Source: an uncultured Muribaculaceae bacterium
Lineage (GTDB): Bacteria; Bacteroidota; Bacteroidia; Bacteroidales; Muribaculaceae
Direction of reading: 5' to 3'
Assembly: GCA_964520525.1 (NCBI GenBank)
Contig: CAZFNR010000007.1
Coordinates: 3,968 to 67,967 of the forward strand
DNA: 64,000 nt
Of this stretch, positions 28,743 through 38,790 are shown piece after piece; position 1 is the first letter of the stretch; each line of letters starts with the position of its first letter. The translations under genes and the position numbers were made by a program. Under the pieces are notes generated by a model, which saw nothing but the letters and a program-made list of their open reading frames with translations, was not told the DNA's origin and did no database searches.

Positions 28743-29855
28743 CTATTTAGTTAAAATCGGATTTACAGGCATTCCGTCTCTGACTTTAAGTAAAGCCTTT
28801 GTGACGTAACGTGATTGTGGCGTTATACCCTTTGTCACGATTCTCATTGTGTCATTTACCAATTCACCGACCTCGATAGGAGTATATTTGACTTCGTTGG
28901 AATCGTTTACGACATATAGATAATTTCCGAGCTGATCTGTTCCAATTGAAGCGTCTTTTACAAGAATCGCTCTAGGAATCTTGGCATATGGCAAATGAAT
29001 TTTTGCATACATTCCACTTTTGAGTTCGCCGTATGGATTCTCTATTCTAACTCTCAACTTCAATGTCCCCGTTGACGAATCTATTTCGGGAGACATATAA
29101 TTAAGATTACCGGTATAGGTGTGAGGCAAATCCTCGCTAAAAGTCACGGGAATGTGTCTGTAATCAATTGCTTCATTTTTTCTATTAACCATATCCAGAT
29201 ATTGACTATCTTCTATGGAGAAATAAGCGTTGACATAATCATCATTATAGATAGTCGCAAGTTTGACAGGAGCACCCGCACCTCCAAGATATGCGCCATC
29301 TGAATAGGCCGATTTAGAAATATGCCCTGTAAACGGCGCAGTTACAGTGCAATATCCCAAAGTTGTCAAAGCCGATTGCAACGAAGCCTTAGCCTTCTGA
29401 ATCGATGCAGCACTCTCTTTCATCGCACTCTCAGCTTGAATGACATCCATCTGCGAAACCGCATCGCTCTCCAACGCTTTTTTCATCGCACGGTATTGGT
29501 TGGTGGCATATACGTTAGTTGCCCGAGCGGTCGACAACTGAGCTTTTGCTTGATTGACTGCATCTCGGTATTGAGAGTCCTCTATACGAAACAGCACCAT
29601 CCCTTTCTTTACTAATGAACCAGGATTATAACCTGAATAGAGCAGGTAACCATTGACCCTTGCCACCAGGTCTACTTCACGGTAGGCACTTAATGTGCCG
29701 GGATACTCTTTATGCAATACAACTGAGTCAACCACGGGTAAAGCCACATCAACCCTGACAACCTCTTTATCGTCGTTAGAGCGTTTTTTTGAGCTTGTAC
29801 ACGCCGACAGCCCCACTGAGAGCGACAACATCATTAAGATTATATACTTATTCAT
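28743..29855 (-). CDS. efflux RND periplasmic adaptor subunit (MFP)
   Basis: 370 aa with a lipoprotein signal (SVGLSAC) and HlyD/AcrA-like lipoyl and beta-barrel segments. It lies 13 nt upstream of the RND gene. Confidence 0.9.
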   Translation of the reverse strand: MNKYIILMMLSLSVGLSACTSSKKRSNDDKEVVRVDVALPVVDSVVLHKEYPGTLSAYREVDLVARVNGYLLYSGYNPGSLVKKGMVLFRIEDSQYRDAVNQAKAQLSTARATNVYATNQYRAMKKALESDAVSQMDVIQAESAMKESAASIQKAKASLQSALTTLGYCTVTAPFTGHISKSAYSDGAYLGGAGAPVKLATIYNDDYVNAYFSIEDSQYLDMVNRKNEAIDYRHIPVTFSEDLPHTYTGNLNYMSPEIDSSTGTLKLRVRIENPYGELKSGMYAKIHLPYAKIPRAILVKDASIGTDQLGNYLYVVNDSNEVKYTPIEVGELVNDTMRIVTKGITPQSRYVTKALLKVRDGMPVNPILTK

Positions 29856-29892
29856 ATCCGTGATTATGTATTTAGATTATAGACTAAGTGGA

Positions 29893-31314
29893 TTAAAGCC
29901 TTGTAACATCCCATCCACCACCGAGAGCCACATAAAGTTTGACCAAGGATGATAGGGCGGTGCCTTTGGCTACAACGCTTCGATCCTGATATTCAAGGAG
30001 TGACATCTGTGCAGTTACAACGTTGTTGAATGGAGTCAACCCTCTTTTATATAAATCCACCGATAAATCAAGAGCCCGCTTGCTTTGGTCAATAACCTCT
30101 TGGATATCGTTGATTTGCCTTATCGAAGTCAGGTAGATATACATTGCGTTGTCGGTTTCCTCAACTGCGGTCATGACGGTCAGATTATAGTTGTCAATGC
30201 CGATTTGCATTTGTTCTCGCGCGTCTGCCACCCTGTATTTGCGCTGTAATCCATCAAAAACGCTCCAAGATAAGGTCGGAGCTATGCTATAGGTAAAACT
30301 TTCAGTCTTAAATAAATTATTAGCGGAATGGGCGGCAGTGCCGATTGAGCCGTTCAGTGACAATGTAGGTAAAAAATCTTTTTTTGCGACACCGATTGCG
30401 TATGCATACGATGCAAGTTCTTTTTCGGCCTGAACTACGTCGGGTCGGCGCCGTAATAATTCCATTGGAATGCCAGTCCCGATAATCTGCCTATAATCGG
30501 GAAGAGACTTTGGCTGACTTAATTCCTTATAAACATCATGAGGGTAACAGCCGATGAGTAGGGCGATGGAATTAATGGCAGTGTGAATGGAATTTTCAAG
30601 AGAAGGGATTGTTGCTTTGGTTGAATTATACACAATCAAAGCCTGCGAGACATCAAGATCCGACGCAAGCCCTGCCTCTTTTCGCGCTTCTGTGAGTTTT
30701 ACTATTCTCGCTTGACTATCAAGATGCTCGTTGGCTACAGCAAGTTCTGCTTGCCATGTCCGCAACTGTATGTAATTTGAGGCGATTTGGCCGCACAGGC
30801 TGACCATCGCTCCAGCATACTCGGCCTTTGTGGCCTGCAATTGAGATTTTTGTTGGTTGACTACTGATCTGATTTTTCCAAATAAATCAATTTCCCAGCT
30901 CAAGTCAAGTCCTAATGAAAATTCAGATGTGCGAAACGCTCTGCCATGAGAATCATACACAAGTCCCGACGTTTGATTTTTGGACCAGCCGCCAACTAAA
31001 TTCACGGTGGGATAATAAGATGATTGCGCCATTTTCATGGCATTGTGAGCTATTTCAATCCTTCGCGAAGCAATCAGTAGGTTGTAGTTGTTTTTTACAC
31101 CCTCTTTTATCAGGGAGTTAAGTAATGAATCGTTTAATGTCTGCCACCAATCATCATCGGTCGGTATTGTCTGATCAAACCGGCTATCAAAAATCCACGA
31201 CTGTGGCAGCGAGTCGTTGAGATACTTCTCTGAGGACTGTGCGCTAACGAAGAGAGAGATTAAAGCACACGCGGTTATAATTGATAGTCGAAATAATTTT
31301 AGTGTCAGAGGCAT
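29893..31314 (-). CDS. efflux outer-membrane factor (TolC/NodT family)
   Basis: 473 aa with a signal peptide and two TolC-like repeats. It is the first gene of the OMF-MFP-RND string. Confidence 0.9.
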   Translation of the reverse strand: MPLTLKLFRLSIITACALISLFVSAQSSEKYLNDSLPQSWIFDSRFDQTIPTDDDWWQTLNDSLLNSLIKEGVKNNYNLLIASRRIEIAHNAMKMAQSSYYPTVNLVGGWSKNQTSGLVYDSHGRAFRTSEFSLGLDLSWEIDLFGKIRSVVNQQKSQLQATKAEYAGAMVSLCGQIASNYIQLRTWQAELAVANEHLDSQARIVKLTEARKEAGLASDLDVSQALIVYNSTKATIPSLENSIHTAINSIALLIGCYPHDVYKELSQPKSLPDYRQIIGTGIPMELLRRRPDVVQAEKELASYAYAIGVAKKDFLPTLSLNGSIGTAAHSANNLFKTESFTYSIAPTLSWSVFDGLQRKYRVADAREQMQIGIDNYNLTVMTAVEETDNAMYIYLTSIRQINDIQEVIDQSKRALDLSVDLYKRGLTPFNNVVTAQMSLLEYQDRSVVAKGTALSSLVKLYVALGGGWDVTRL

Positions 31315-31409
31315 AATACTTGATAATAGAATAAAACTACAGTATTATAACCCTCTGACACCTAAAGTCGTTTAGAGCAAATTCAGAAGTTTAACCAATT
31401 TTATCTTAA

Positions 31410-33284
31410 TCATGTGTTTGTTTGACGTTTTATATGCCATATAGTTCCCTCTATCAGCGACACCCACACATCACCGGTAAACGGGTCAATATCAATTCCG
31501 TTAATTTCTGAAACTCCGATAGGGTAGCTAAACAATATTGAATGGTCTGAAGCTCTAACTGCGGTCAGTATACCTCGACGCGACCCGGCATAAATCACAC
31601 CGTCGGCTTCCGCAACTATACATGGCGCATGGTCATATCCGATACCTAAATCCACAATCCATTTTTCAGTGAATATGGGTGCTGTTAAATCTACTGCGAC
31701 AAGCTCGCCATCCATTGTTTTAGCATAAGCGGTCAGACCATCTTCACTGATTCCAAGACTTTCACGATATTTATGTGAGTTATCACGCCACAAAGTTCTC
31801 CCGCTACTGAGTTCTATGGCGGTCATATAACGGTCTGGCGCAACAATGATTATACGCTCACCGTCACAAACCGGCACTACGTTTCCCGGTCCAAGCATAT
31901 TGGCTGGCCTTCCGTTGTCCCATTTCCACCGCAAAGCCCCGTGATTCTTATCAAGACAATATAGATGGGTATCCCATGCCCCGAAAATAAGATTGTCTCC
32001 TACCGTTATCGGTGAAGCCTGACAGTAGTTGCCGATTGAGTCAAAACGCCATACCAAGGTTCCCGATGCCAAATCCCATTTTTCCATTTTCTTGTAACCA
32101 CCTTGGTAGAGCATTCCATTCTCGACAATCCCATCCGCCACATACGGGCCTTCAGATTTGGTCTCCGACAGTTTGTTCCCATCAGAACTGTCTGCGACAA
32201 TCAATCGTTTGTCGGCAGTCGGGATTGCGACACGTCCATTTGACACAGATAATCTTGAAAACAGCGACGCATCAGTCAATATTTCCCAACGACAATTGCC
32301 GCTTTTTTTAGAGACTGATTTTGCCGTTCCCAAAGAATTACCAAAATAGATGTTATCTAAGTCAAAACCTAAACGAGTAAAAATAGAAGCACTATCAGCC
32401 CACACTTTTTCGATAGTCCAGTCTGATGGGATTGAACTGTGGGATACTTCTGTGACAATGCTATCTTTTATTCTGTCAATTGACGTCTCTGTTTTGGCAG
32501 CTACGGCATGGATGCGTTCGGCGGGGAGTCCTAATCTTTTTTGATAAAACAGAACTGAATCTGGGGTTACATCCATTATCGTATAACCGAAATCGCCATT
32601 TTTGCGGTCAAGAGACCTGACCATCATACACTCAATTCCACCACAATTGTAAGGCTCGTTTTTATGATAATGGCCGTTAACGTGTATTACAGTAGGATAA
32701 CGCACCAAAATAGAAGCGTAATCTGCGTAATTGTCCAAATCATTGCTCAATGGGTAATGATTAAACGACACGACTTTTTTACCGTCAACAGCCCTCTGCG
32801 ACAATGTTGATGATAGCCAATGGAGGTCTTCTTGCTTGATGTGGCCGTCGCCCATTTTCATATATGGGCCGCAATTAATGCCAACGATAACTAAGGAATC
32901 AGTCTCAGCGACAAATCTATCATTGCCCCATAGATCTATAAACGTTTTTGTCGCGCTTTGCGACCAATTGTTTTCATGGTTACCGGGCAAAAAATAGCTT
33001 GGTTTTGTGAGGTGGTCTAGTATACCTTTTACGTTTATCAATTGCTCATCAGAGCCCTCGTTTGTTAAGTCCCCGTTGACGACAACCATGTCCACTCCGG
33101 ATAAACTATTGATTTCTGCCACTGCCGTTTTCAGCTTTGATTCGCATTCGTTCCCTGGAGTGACATGAATATCACTAAGAATCGCTATGCGTGTCGCGCC
33201 CGCCCAAATCGAGACGCATAATAACGCCTTGACACATACTACTCTCAAATTCATAACTATTCGATATTTTTTTAACTTGTTCAT
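31410..33284 (-). CDS. secreted calcineurin-like metallophosphoesterase fused to a PQQ-like beta-propeller
   Basis: 624 aa. The N-terminal half carries MPE motifs ILSDIHV, VVNGDLTNEG, LPGNHENN and VNGHYH. The C-terminal ~320 aa has repeated G-x-hydrophobic ... W blades (GTLVWRF, GALRWKW, GRTLWRD). Confidence 0.7.
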   Translation of the reverse strand: MNKLKKYRIVMNLRVVCVKALLCVSIWAGATRIAILSDIHVTPGNECESKLKTAVAEINSLSGVDMVVVNGDLTNEGSDEQLINVKGILDHLTKPSYFLPGNHENNWSQSATKTFIDLWGNDRFVAETDSLVIVGINCGPYMKMGDGHIKQEDLHWLSSTLSQRAVDGKKVVSFNHYPLSNDLDNYADYASILVRYPTVIHVNGHYHKNEPYNCGGIECMMVRSLDRKNGDFGYTIMDVTPDSVLFYQKRLGLPAERIHAVAAKTETSIDRIKDSIVTEVSHSSIPSDWTIEKVWADSASIFTRLGFDLDNIYFGNSLGTAKSVSKKSGNCRWEILTDASLFSRLSVSNGRVAIPTADKRLIVADSSDGNKLSETKSEGPYVADGIVENGMLYQGGYKKMEKWDLASGTLVWRFDSIGNYCQASPITVGDNLIFGAWDTHLYCLDKNHGALRWKWDNGRPANMLGPGNVVPVCDGERIIIVAPDRYMTAIELSSGRTLWRDNSHKYRESLGISEDGLTAYAKTMDGELVAVDLTAPIFTEKWIVDLGIGYDHAPCIVAEADGVIYAGSRRGILTAVRASDHSILFSYPIGVSEINGIDIDPFTGDVWVSLIEGTIWHIKRQTNT

Positions 33285-33338
33285 GATTTAGTCTTGATTG
33301 CGTTTTAAATCAAATAACTTTTAAATCAGACCCAAAAA

Positions 33339-33947
33339 CTAATTGACCTGCGGGTTTTGAGGGTGATAGAGCCAGCCGCGGTAAGGGCGACCCATTGAAC
33401 GCACTGTGCGATGCCAGTAGCCATCATCGCTACCGACAAGCAAGTGGCTGATGTCATGAATCGGAGTGACAGCCCACACATTTTTTTTTAATTCGCCATC
33501 AAGTTGCTCTACGCCCCATCCGCTATATCCGATGAAGAAACGCACATTCCCATCAATAGGATACCCTGAATTGACATAGTCAATCATAACGCCAAAATCT
33601 CCTCCAATCCATAAACCCGGAACAATTTCCGTGCTATTAGGTATGATATTCCCGAGACGATGGATGAAATAGAGTCTTTCGCACGATAGCGGACCTCCGC
33701 AAAACACTGTGATATCAGACTTTCTATTGACCGATTTCACAAGTTCACCAAGAGAATAGGCCGTTGGCTTATTCAACACAATCCCCATCGCTTCTTGCCG
33801 GGGTTCATAATCGACAAGACATATAACAGAATGATTGAAATACTGTTCTTTCAAGAACGGCTCAGAGACAAGCAATGACCCGCGCCGCGGTACACCACTG
33901 TCAATTTCGATATTAAAAAGTAATGATTGTAAATCTATCATTTTCAA
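33339..33947 (-). CDS. YqgE/AlgH family protein (UPF0301)
   Basis: 202 aa with family-typical GSLLVSEPFLKEQYFNHSVICLVDY ... MGIVLNKPT. Confidence 0.85.
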   Translation of the reverse strand: MKMIDLQSLLFNIEIDSGVPRRGSLLVSEPFLKEQYFNHSVICLVDYEPRQEAMGIVLNKPTAYSLGELVKSVNRKSDITVFCGGPLSCERLYFIHRLGNIIPNSTEIVPGLWIGGDFGVMIDYVNSGYPIDGNVRFFIGYSGWGVEQLDGELKKNVWAVTPIHDISHLLVGSDDGYWHRTVRSMGRPYRGWLYHPQNPQVN

Positions 33948-34059
33948 GAGAGAGTATAAGCTATAGAGTTAGATTATATAATGCACTACTAAGTTACTAA
34001 TAAATATCAGAATACAATGCAAACATTACCAAAAAGTTTAAGCAATCATCCGACTGATT

Positions 34060-35553
34060 TTAAAAATTACGAGATTGACCTCTTCGAGCGGCATCTATAC
34101 GTAGCAAAATGAAAAGCAACAGAGTAAAACCGAGCAGAGACGAACCGCCGTAACTAAAAAACGGCAACGGAATTCCAATAACCGGACATAAACCTATGAC
34201 CATTCCGATGTTGATGCAGAAATGGAAAATGAAAATGCTCGCCACACAGTAGGCATAGACGCGGCCAAAAACCGTCGGTTGGCGTTCGGCTATGCTGATT
34301 ACCCTTAGCGTGAGCATTATAAACAACAGCATAACAGTCGTAGTCCCAATAAACCCCTCCTCTTCGCCTATTGTGCAAAAGATAAAGTCGGTATGCTGTT
34401 CCGGCACATATTTCAATTTAGTCTGTGTCCCTTTCAAAAATCCCTTCCCGGCAAATCCGCCTGAACCGATTGCGATTTTCGATTGGTTGACGTTATAGCC
34501 GTGGTGGCGCAAATCTTGTTCCATTCCCAGTGTCACTTTGATGCGCATCTGTTGATGAGGTTGAAGCACGTTATTGAACACATAGTTGACCGAAAATAAG
34601 AATGTCATAGACAAAACGACGGTCGAGAGTGTTATGGCTATCTTGCGGGAATGGGTTTTTATCAACTCTATCACACAGTAGGCCGACGCTACTCCTATTA
34701 CCGTGAAAAAGTACCAGTAACCCGGTATCTCGACTCCGCACCAGCTGAGGATTGCGGTCAAAATCGCAGTCCCGGCAAACCAAGCGAAGACGTTGCGTGT
34801 TGCCATAATGTTGCGACAATAAACCATAAGCATAGTCACCATCGTGAGCATTATCAGCACAAACACCGCAAAAACACCAGTAGAAATTCCCATTGTCAAT
34901 GTTGTCGAATACTTTACACCTACGACAAATATTACCACAGCAAACACCGCAGCCAATAGCACCAACCCGCTCATGCCCTCGCGGTATAACACGAAAAACA
35001 AGGCCAAATAGGCAAGTGACGAACCGGTCTCTTTCTGTGCTAAAATCAGCACGATGGGGATGAAGATAATTGCCAATGCTCTGACGTAGTTACTCTTTTG
35101 GGCGTTTAACGAAAAGTTGTAACCGCTAAACAATTTGGCAAGAGCAAGTGATGTGGCAAATTTAGCAAACTCGGCAGGTTGTATCGAGATTGGGCCAAGC
35201 ACTATCCAAGATCTGGAGCCCTTGATATCAGGGGCTATAAAGATGGTCAGCACGAGTATCAACACCATAACCGTGTATATCGGATAGGCGTAGGTATCAT
35301 ACATTCGCGCGTCAATCAGCAGCAACACAAACCCGACGAGAAGGCTGACAAATATCCACCTTATCTGTTTGCCCGAAAACTCGGTAAAGTCCATTATGCT
35401 CGAATTGTCGAAGTCGTAGCTCGCGGCATAAATGCTCACAGCTCCGGCGACGACGAGTATCAGGTAGATGACTACCGTAAACCAGTCAATGTTGCGAAAT
35501 GGTGACTCCTTAATGTTTCTTGACTCCACTGAATATCTTTGTGTTTGACTCAA
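34060..35553 (-). CDS. rodA: rod shape-determining SEDS protein RodA
   Basis: A ~490-aa multi-pass FtsW/RodA/SpoVE family protein directly after mrdA. The start is TTG 35553 or GTG 35529, and either overlaps the mrdA 3' end. Confidence 0.9.
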   Translation of the reverse strand: MSQTQRYSVESRNIKESPFRNIDWFTVVIYLILVVAGAVSIYAASYDFDNSSIMDFTEFSGKQIRWIFVSLLVGFVLLLIDARMYDTYAYPIYTVMVLILVLTIFIAPDIKGSRSWIVLGPISIQPAEFAKFATSLALAKLFSGYNFSLNAQKSNYVRALAIIFIPIVLILAQKETGSSLAYLALFFVLYREGMSGLVLLAAVFAVVIFVVGVKYSTTLTMGISTGVFAVFVLIMLTMVTMLMVYCRNIMATRNVFAWFAGTAILTAILSWCGVEIPGYWYFFTVIGVASAYCVIELIKTHSRKIAITLSTVVLSMTFLFSVNYVFNNVLQPHQQMRIKVTLGMEQDLRHHGYNVNQSKIAIGSGGFAGKGFLKGTQTKLKYVPEQHTDFIFCTIGEEEGFIGTTTVMLLFIMLTLRVISIAERQPTVFGRVYAYCVASIFIFHFCINIGMVIGLCPVIGIPLPFFSYGGSSLLGFTLLLFILLRIDAARRGQSRNF

Positions 35554-37375
35554 ACATACGCTGTTCGAGATATTTACGTTGCGGCGATATTTTGCCAGTT
35601 AAATATTTTTCAATCACCAAGCTTCCTATGGGCACGCCATAGGTGGCTCCAAATCCTGCGTTTTCAACGTAGACGCAGACTGCTATCTTTGGATCGTGAT
35701 AGGGAGCGAAACCTATGAATGCCGAGTGGTCGCGCCCGTGTGGGTTTTGCGCAGTGCCGGTTTTGCCACAAACTTCCACGTCGGGAAGATTGGCTATGCG
35801 GCACGTGCCTCCGGTGACAGCCATACGCATACCCTCGGCAACGTCGTCAAAGTGGCGCGATTCGATTGTAGGTGTGCGTCGTTGTAGCAATTCGGTAGGC
35901 ATAACTGTGTCTTTAATTTCTTTTACCACGTGGGGCGTAATAAACCACCCGCGGTTGGCGATGGTGGCGCAAAGGTTGGCAATCTGTAACGGTGTAGCCA
36001 ATATCTCGCCTTGGCCTATAGATATTGAAATAACGGTGTTAGCGCTCCAACGTCCTTCTCCGTAAATCTTATTATAGAACTTGGCATTCGGGATGAATCC
36101 GCGGCCTTCACTCGGCAAGTCTACTCCCAATCGGTAGCCATAGCCCAATGACACAAGATGCTTTTTCCATACCTCAAACGCATTAGCCGTGCCACCATAC
36201 TTTGACCTTTTGTTATCTATCATCGCTTTGAATCCCCAGCAAAAGTATGCGTTGCACGATGTTTGCAAGGCCGGTTTGAGGTTAATTGGTGACCCGTGGG
36301 AGTGGCAACCGACTTTAAGACCGCCCGAAATGAAACCGTGATAACAAGGGTAAGACGTCGACAGGTTGACGATATTCTCCTGGAGAAAAATCAGCCCTTG
36401 GCTAGGCTTGAATGTCGACCCGGGCGGATATGCGCCCATTAGCGCTCGGTCAAACAGGGGCTTCTCTCGATCCCTAACCAAGGCGGCGTAATTGGCACCG
36501 CGTTGGCGTCCGACGAGTAAAGTCGGGTCGTATGTGGGGCTTGACACCAATGCTAGAATTTCTCCGGTCTCGGGCTCAACCGCCACTACAGCTCCGATTT
36601 TATTGACCATCAGACTTTCGGCGTATTGTTGCAACTCCAAGTCGAGACTAAGCTTTAGATCTCGTCCCGATACCGGTGCTACATCTTTTGCGCCGTTGTC
36701 GTAACGACCTTTTATACGGCCATGTACATCTCTGATTAAGATTTCCACTCCTTTCTCGCCGCGAAGATACTCCTCATAGCTTTTTTCGACTCCGAGGTCG
36801 CCGCAGTAGTCTCCGCTTTGATAGTAAGGGTCGCGCTCTATGTCTTTTGCCGATACTTCGCGAATGTTGCCTAACACGTTGGCAGCGGTTTTATGGGCAT
36901 ATTGCCTTAGAATCCTTTTCTGAATGAAAAAGCCGGGATAGCGGTAAAGCTTTTCTTGCAGTCGGCCGTAGTCTTCAGCCGAGAGGTGACTAATGAGACG
37001 TTGAGGAGTGTATGACGAATACCCGGGATTCATGCGTTTGTCTTTCATATCTGATAGACGTTTTCGCAATTGGTCGGGAGTGAGATTGAGCGTGTGGCAA
37101 AAATCAAGCGTGTCAAGCTCTTTGACGTCGCGCGGTATCATCATCACATCATATGCGGGCTGGTTAAATACAATCAGCTTGCCGTTGCGGTCATATATCA
37201 ATCCTCGAGAGGGGTATTGCGTCTTGTTGAGAAACGCATTAATGTCAGCGTATTCCTTGTAGCGGCTATCGGCGATTTGAAGCTCATAAAGCCGTATAGT
37301 GTATATAATTGCTATTAGAATAAGGAATCCGCCGATTACGTATTTTCGTTTCTCAAGGTTATAGTCTTTTCGCAT
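35510..37375 (-). CDS. mrdA: penicillin-binding protein 2 (elongasome transpeptidase)
   Basis: 621 aa with an N-terminal anchor and transpeptidase motifs STFK, SCN (SxN) and KTGT. Confidence 0.95.
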   Translation of the reverse strand: MRKDYNLEKRKYVIGGFLILIAIIYTIRLYELQIADSRYKEYADINAFLNKTQYPSRGLIYDRNGKLIVFNQPAYDVMMIPRDVKELDTLDFCHTLNLTPDQLRKRLSDMKDKRMNPGYSSYTPQRLISHLSAEDYGRLQEKLYRYPGFFIQKRILRQYAHKTAANVLGNIREVSAKDIERDPYYQSGDYCGDLGVEKSYEEYLRGEKGVEILIRDVHGRIKGRYDNGAKDVAPVSGRDLKLSLDLELQQYAESLMVNKIGAVVAVEPETGEILALVSSPTYDPTLLVGRQRGANYAALVRDREKPLFDRALMGAYPPGSTFKPSQGLIFLQENIVNLSTSYPCYHGFISGGLKVGCHSHGSPINLKPALQTSCNAYFCWGFKAMIDNKRSKYGGTANAFEVWKKHLVSLGYGYRLGVDLPSEGRGFIPNAKFYNKIYGEGRWSANTVISISIGQGEILATPLQIANLCATIANRGWFITPHVVKEIKDTVMPTELLQRRTPTIESRHFDDVAEGMRMAVTGGTCRIANLPDVEVCGKTGTAQNPHGRDHSAFIGFAPYHDPKIAVCVYVENAGFGATYGVPIGSLVIEKYLTGKISPQRKYLEQRMFESNTKIFSGVKKH

Positions 37376-37880
37376 GTCGTCTTATGCTAAGGCTGTCTAT
37401 GCCTAAAATAAGAAAAAATGTCAATACGCTGCTACCTACGATTCGCAATAGTAATCTAAGCGGGTTAAACAGTGAGAAAGACTCTATGGTGAAATACAAA
37501 AAACTATATATCACCACCATAGTAATCAGATATTTCATAAACACGCCTAAGCCGAGCGATCTTATCGACGGTTCGGGGTAAGTCAAATCTTCTTCTCTTG
37601 GGAAATACAGTCTTAGCACAGGCTTTTTAAGCGTGGCGAATATTGTACAAGTGAGTGCATTCATGCCCTGAGTGTCAGAAAAAATATCAATTGTCAATCC
37701 CATGAGAAACGATAATGACATCATCCAATTTAGACCAAGTGTTACAGGCAGTTTTATGATAAAATAGATAAATACTAACGGCAAAGCTACATTAAAAAGG
37801 AACAGATGGTTAAATATAATCACCTGAGCGGCAACAAGCACTACAAACAATAATATGAAATTAAGTATCGATTTAGCCAT
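37359..37880 (-). CDS. mreD: rod shape-determining protein MreD
   Basis: 173-aa polytopic membrane protein between mreC and mrdA. It overlaps mrdA by 17 nt. Confidence 0.7.
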   Translation of the reverse strand: MAKSILNFILLFVVLVAAQVIIFNHLFLFNVALPLVFIYFIIKLPVTLGLNWMMSLSFLMGLTIDIFSDTQGMNALTCTIFATLKKPVLRLYFPREEDLTYPEPSIRSLGLGVFMKYLITMVVIYSFLYFTIESFSLFNPLRLLLRIVGSSVLTFFLILGIDSLSIRRHAKRL

Positions 37881-37907
37881 TAGTCTCTTAGTTATCGCCG
37901 TTTAACC

Positions 37908-38768
37908 TTAATTAGTGCTGCCGTTCTCAAATAAATCCTCGGTTTCAACGCGTTCTATTTCAGTTTTCAGAGCGTTTGAAACGATTCTGACTGTGCTGAG
38001 TTGTGAAAAATCAGTCAACAATTTGACGCGCAAGGTAAAGAAGTTGTCGTTTGAACCGTGCGCTTTGCCGACAACGGTGCCGACGGGAATCCCTTCGGGA
38101 AATACCGCAGAGTAGCCGCTCGTGACAATCGTGTCACCTTGTTTGAAGACGGTGTGCTTGGGCAACTCTTCCAACACGGCTTCTTCGTAGGTCACGCCGT
38201 CCCATACGAGCGAGCCGAAACAATCGCTGCCTTTCACGCGGCACGATAAGCGGAAGTTGGGGTTGAGCAACGAAATGATTCGAGCGCTATGGGGAGCAAC
38301 GATATTTACCACGCCGACCACACCGTTTTGGTCCACAACGCCCATCTCAGGCTTGACTCCGTCAAGCTCTCCCTTTTCAATAGTTATGTAATTATAAGGG
38401 CGCGTGATGCTGTTGTTTATCACATGGGCGAGTATGAAACTGTAAGGATTCAATGCCTCGTCGACGGTCATCGTGTCGGCATAAGCTGCTTCTTGATACA
38501 ATCGGAGTCGGTGGCGGAGGCCAATCACCTCGGTTTCCAAACTCGCATTGCGGCGTTGCAGGTCTTCGTTAATGTCGCGCAAGTGGAAGTATGATGTAAA
38601 AGCATTGGCCTCCTCATATACAGAGGAAGCCAACTTTCCGGCCGATGTCATATAGACATGGTGATGATATGGATTACGCTCAAATAATAACACGCAAGAA
38701 ACGATCACATAGAATGTGAACACAAAAACAGAACTATATCTAACCAAAAAGCTGAATAGACTGCGCAC
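37908..38768 (-). CDS. mreC: rod shape-determining protein MreC
   Basis: 286 aa with an N-terminal anchor, a coiled coil and an MreC beta-barrel region (GMGVVDQNGVVGVV, TSGYSAVFPEGIPVG). GTG start. Confidence 0.85.
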   Translation of the reverse strand: MRSLFSFLVRYSSVFVFTFYVIVSCVLLFERNPYHHHVYMTSAGKLASSVYEEANAFTSYFHLRDINEDLQRRNASLETEVIGLRHRLRLYQEAAYADTMTVDEALNPYSFILAHVINNSITRPYNYITIEKGELDGVKPEMGVVDQNGVVGVVNIVAPHSARIISLLNPNFRLSCRVKGSDCFGSLVWDGVTYEEAVLEELPKHTVFKQGDTIVTSGYSAVFPEGIPVGTVVGKAHGSNDNFFTLRVKLLTDFSQLSTVRIVSNALKTEIERVETEDLFENGSTN

Positions 38769-38790
38769 TGTTCCTTACTCCCTTGATAGA

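Noticed and set aside
33481-33489. T9 (A9 on the coding strand) homopolymer inside yqgE, along with other 7-9 nt A/T runs (for example 12271-12288, 10646-10654, 41346-41353)
   Set aside because: The coding-region runs simply encode Lys-rich segments (for example ELKKNVW in yqgE), and the 10646-10654 run lies in an AT-rich intergenic junction. None shows the flanking architecture of a phase-variable switch.
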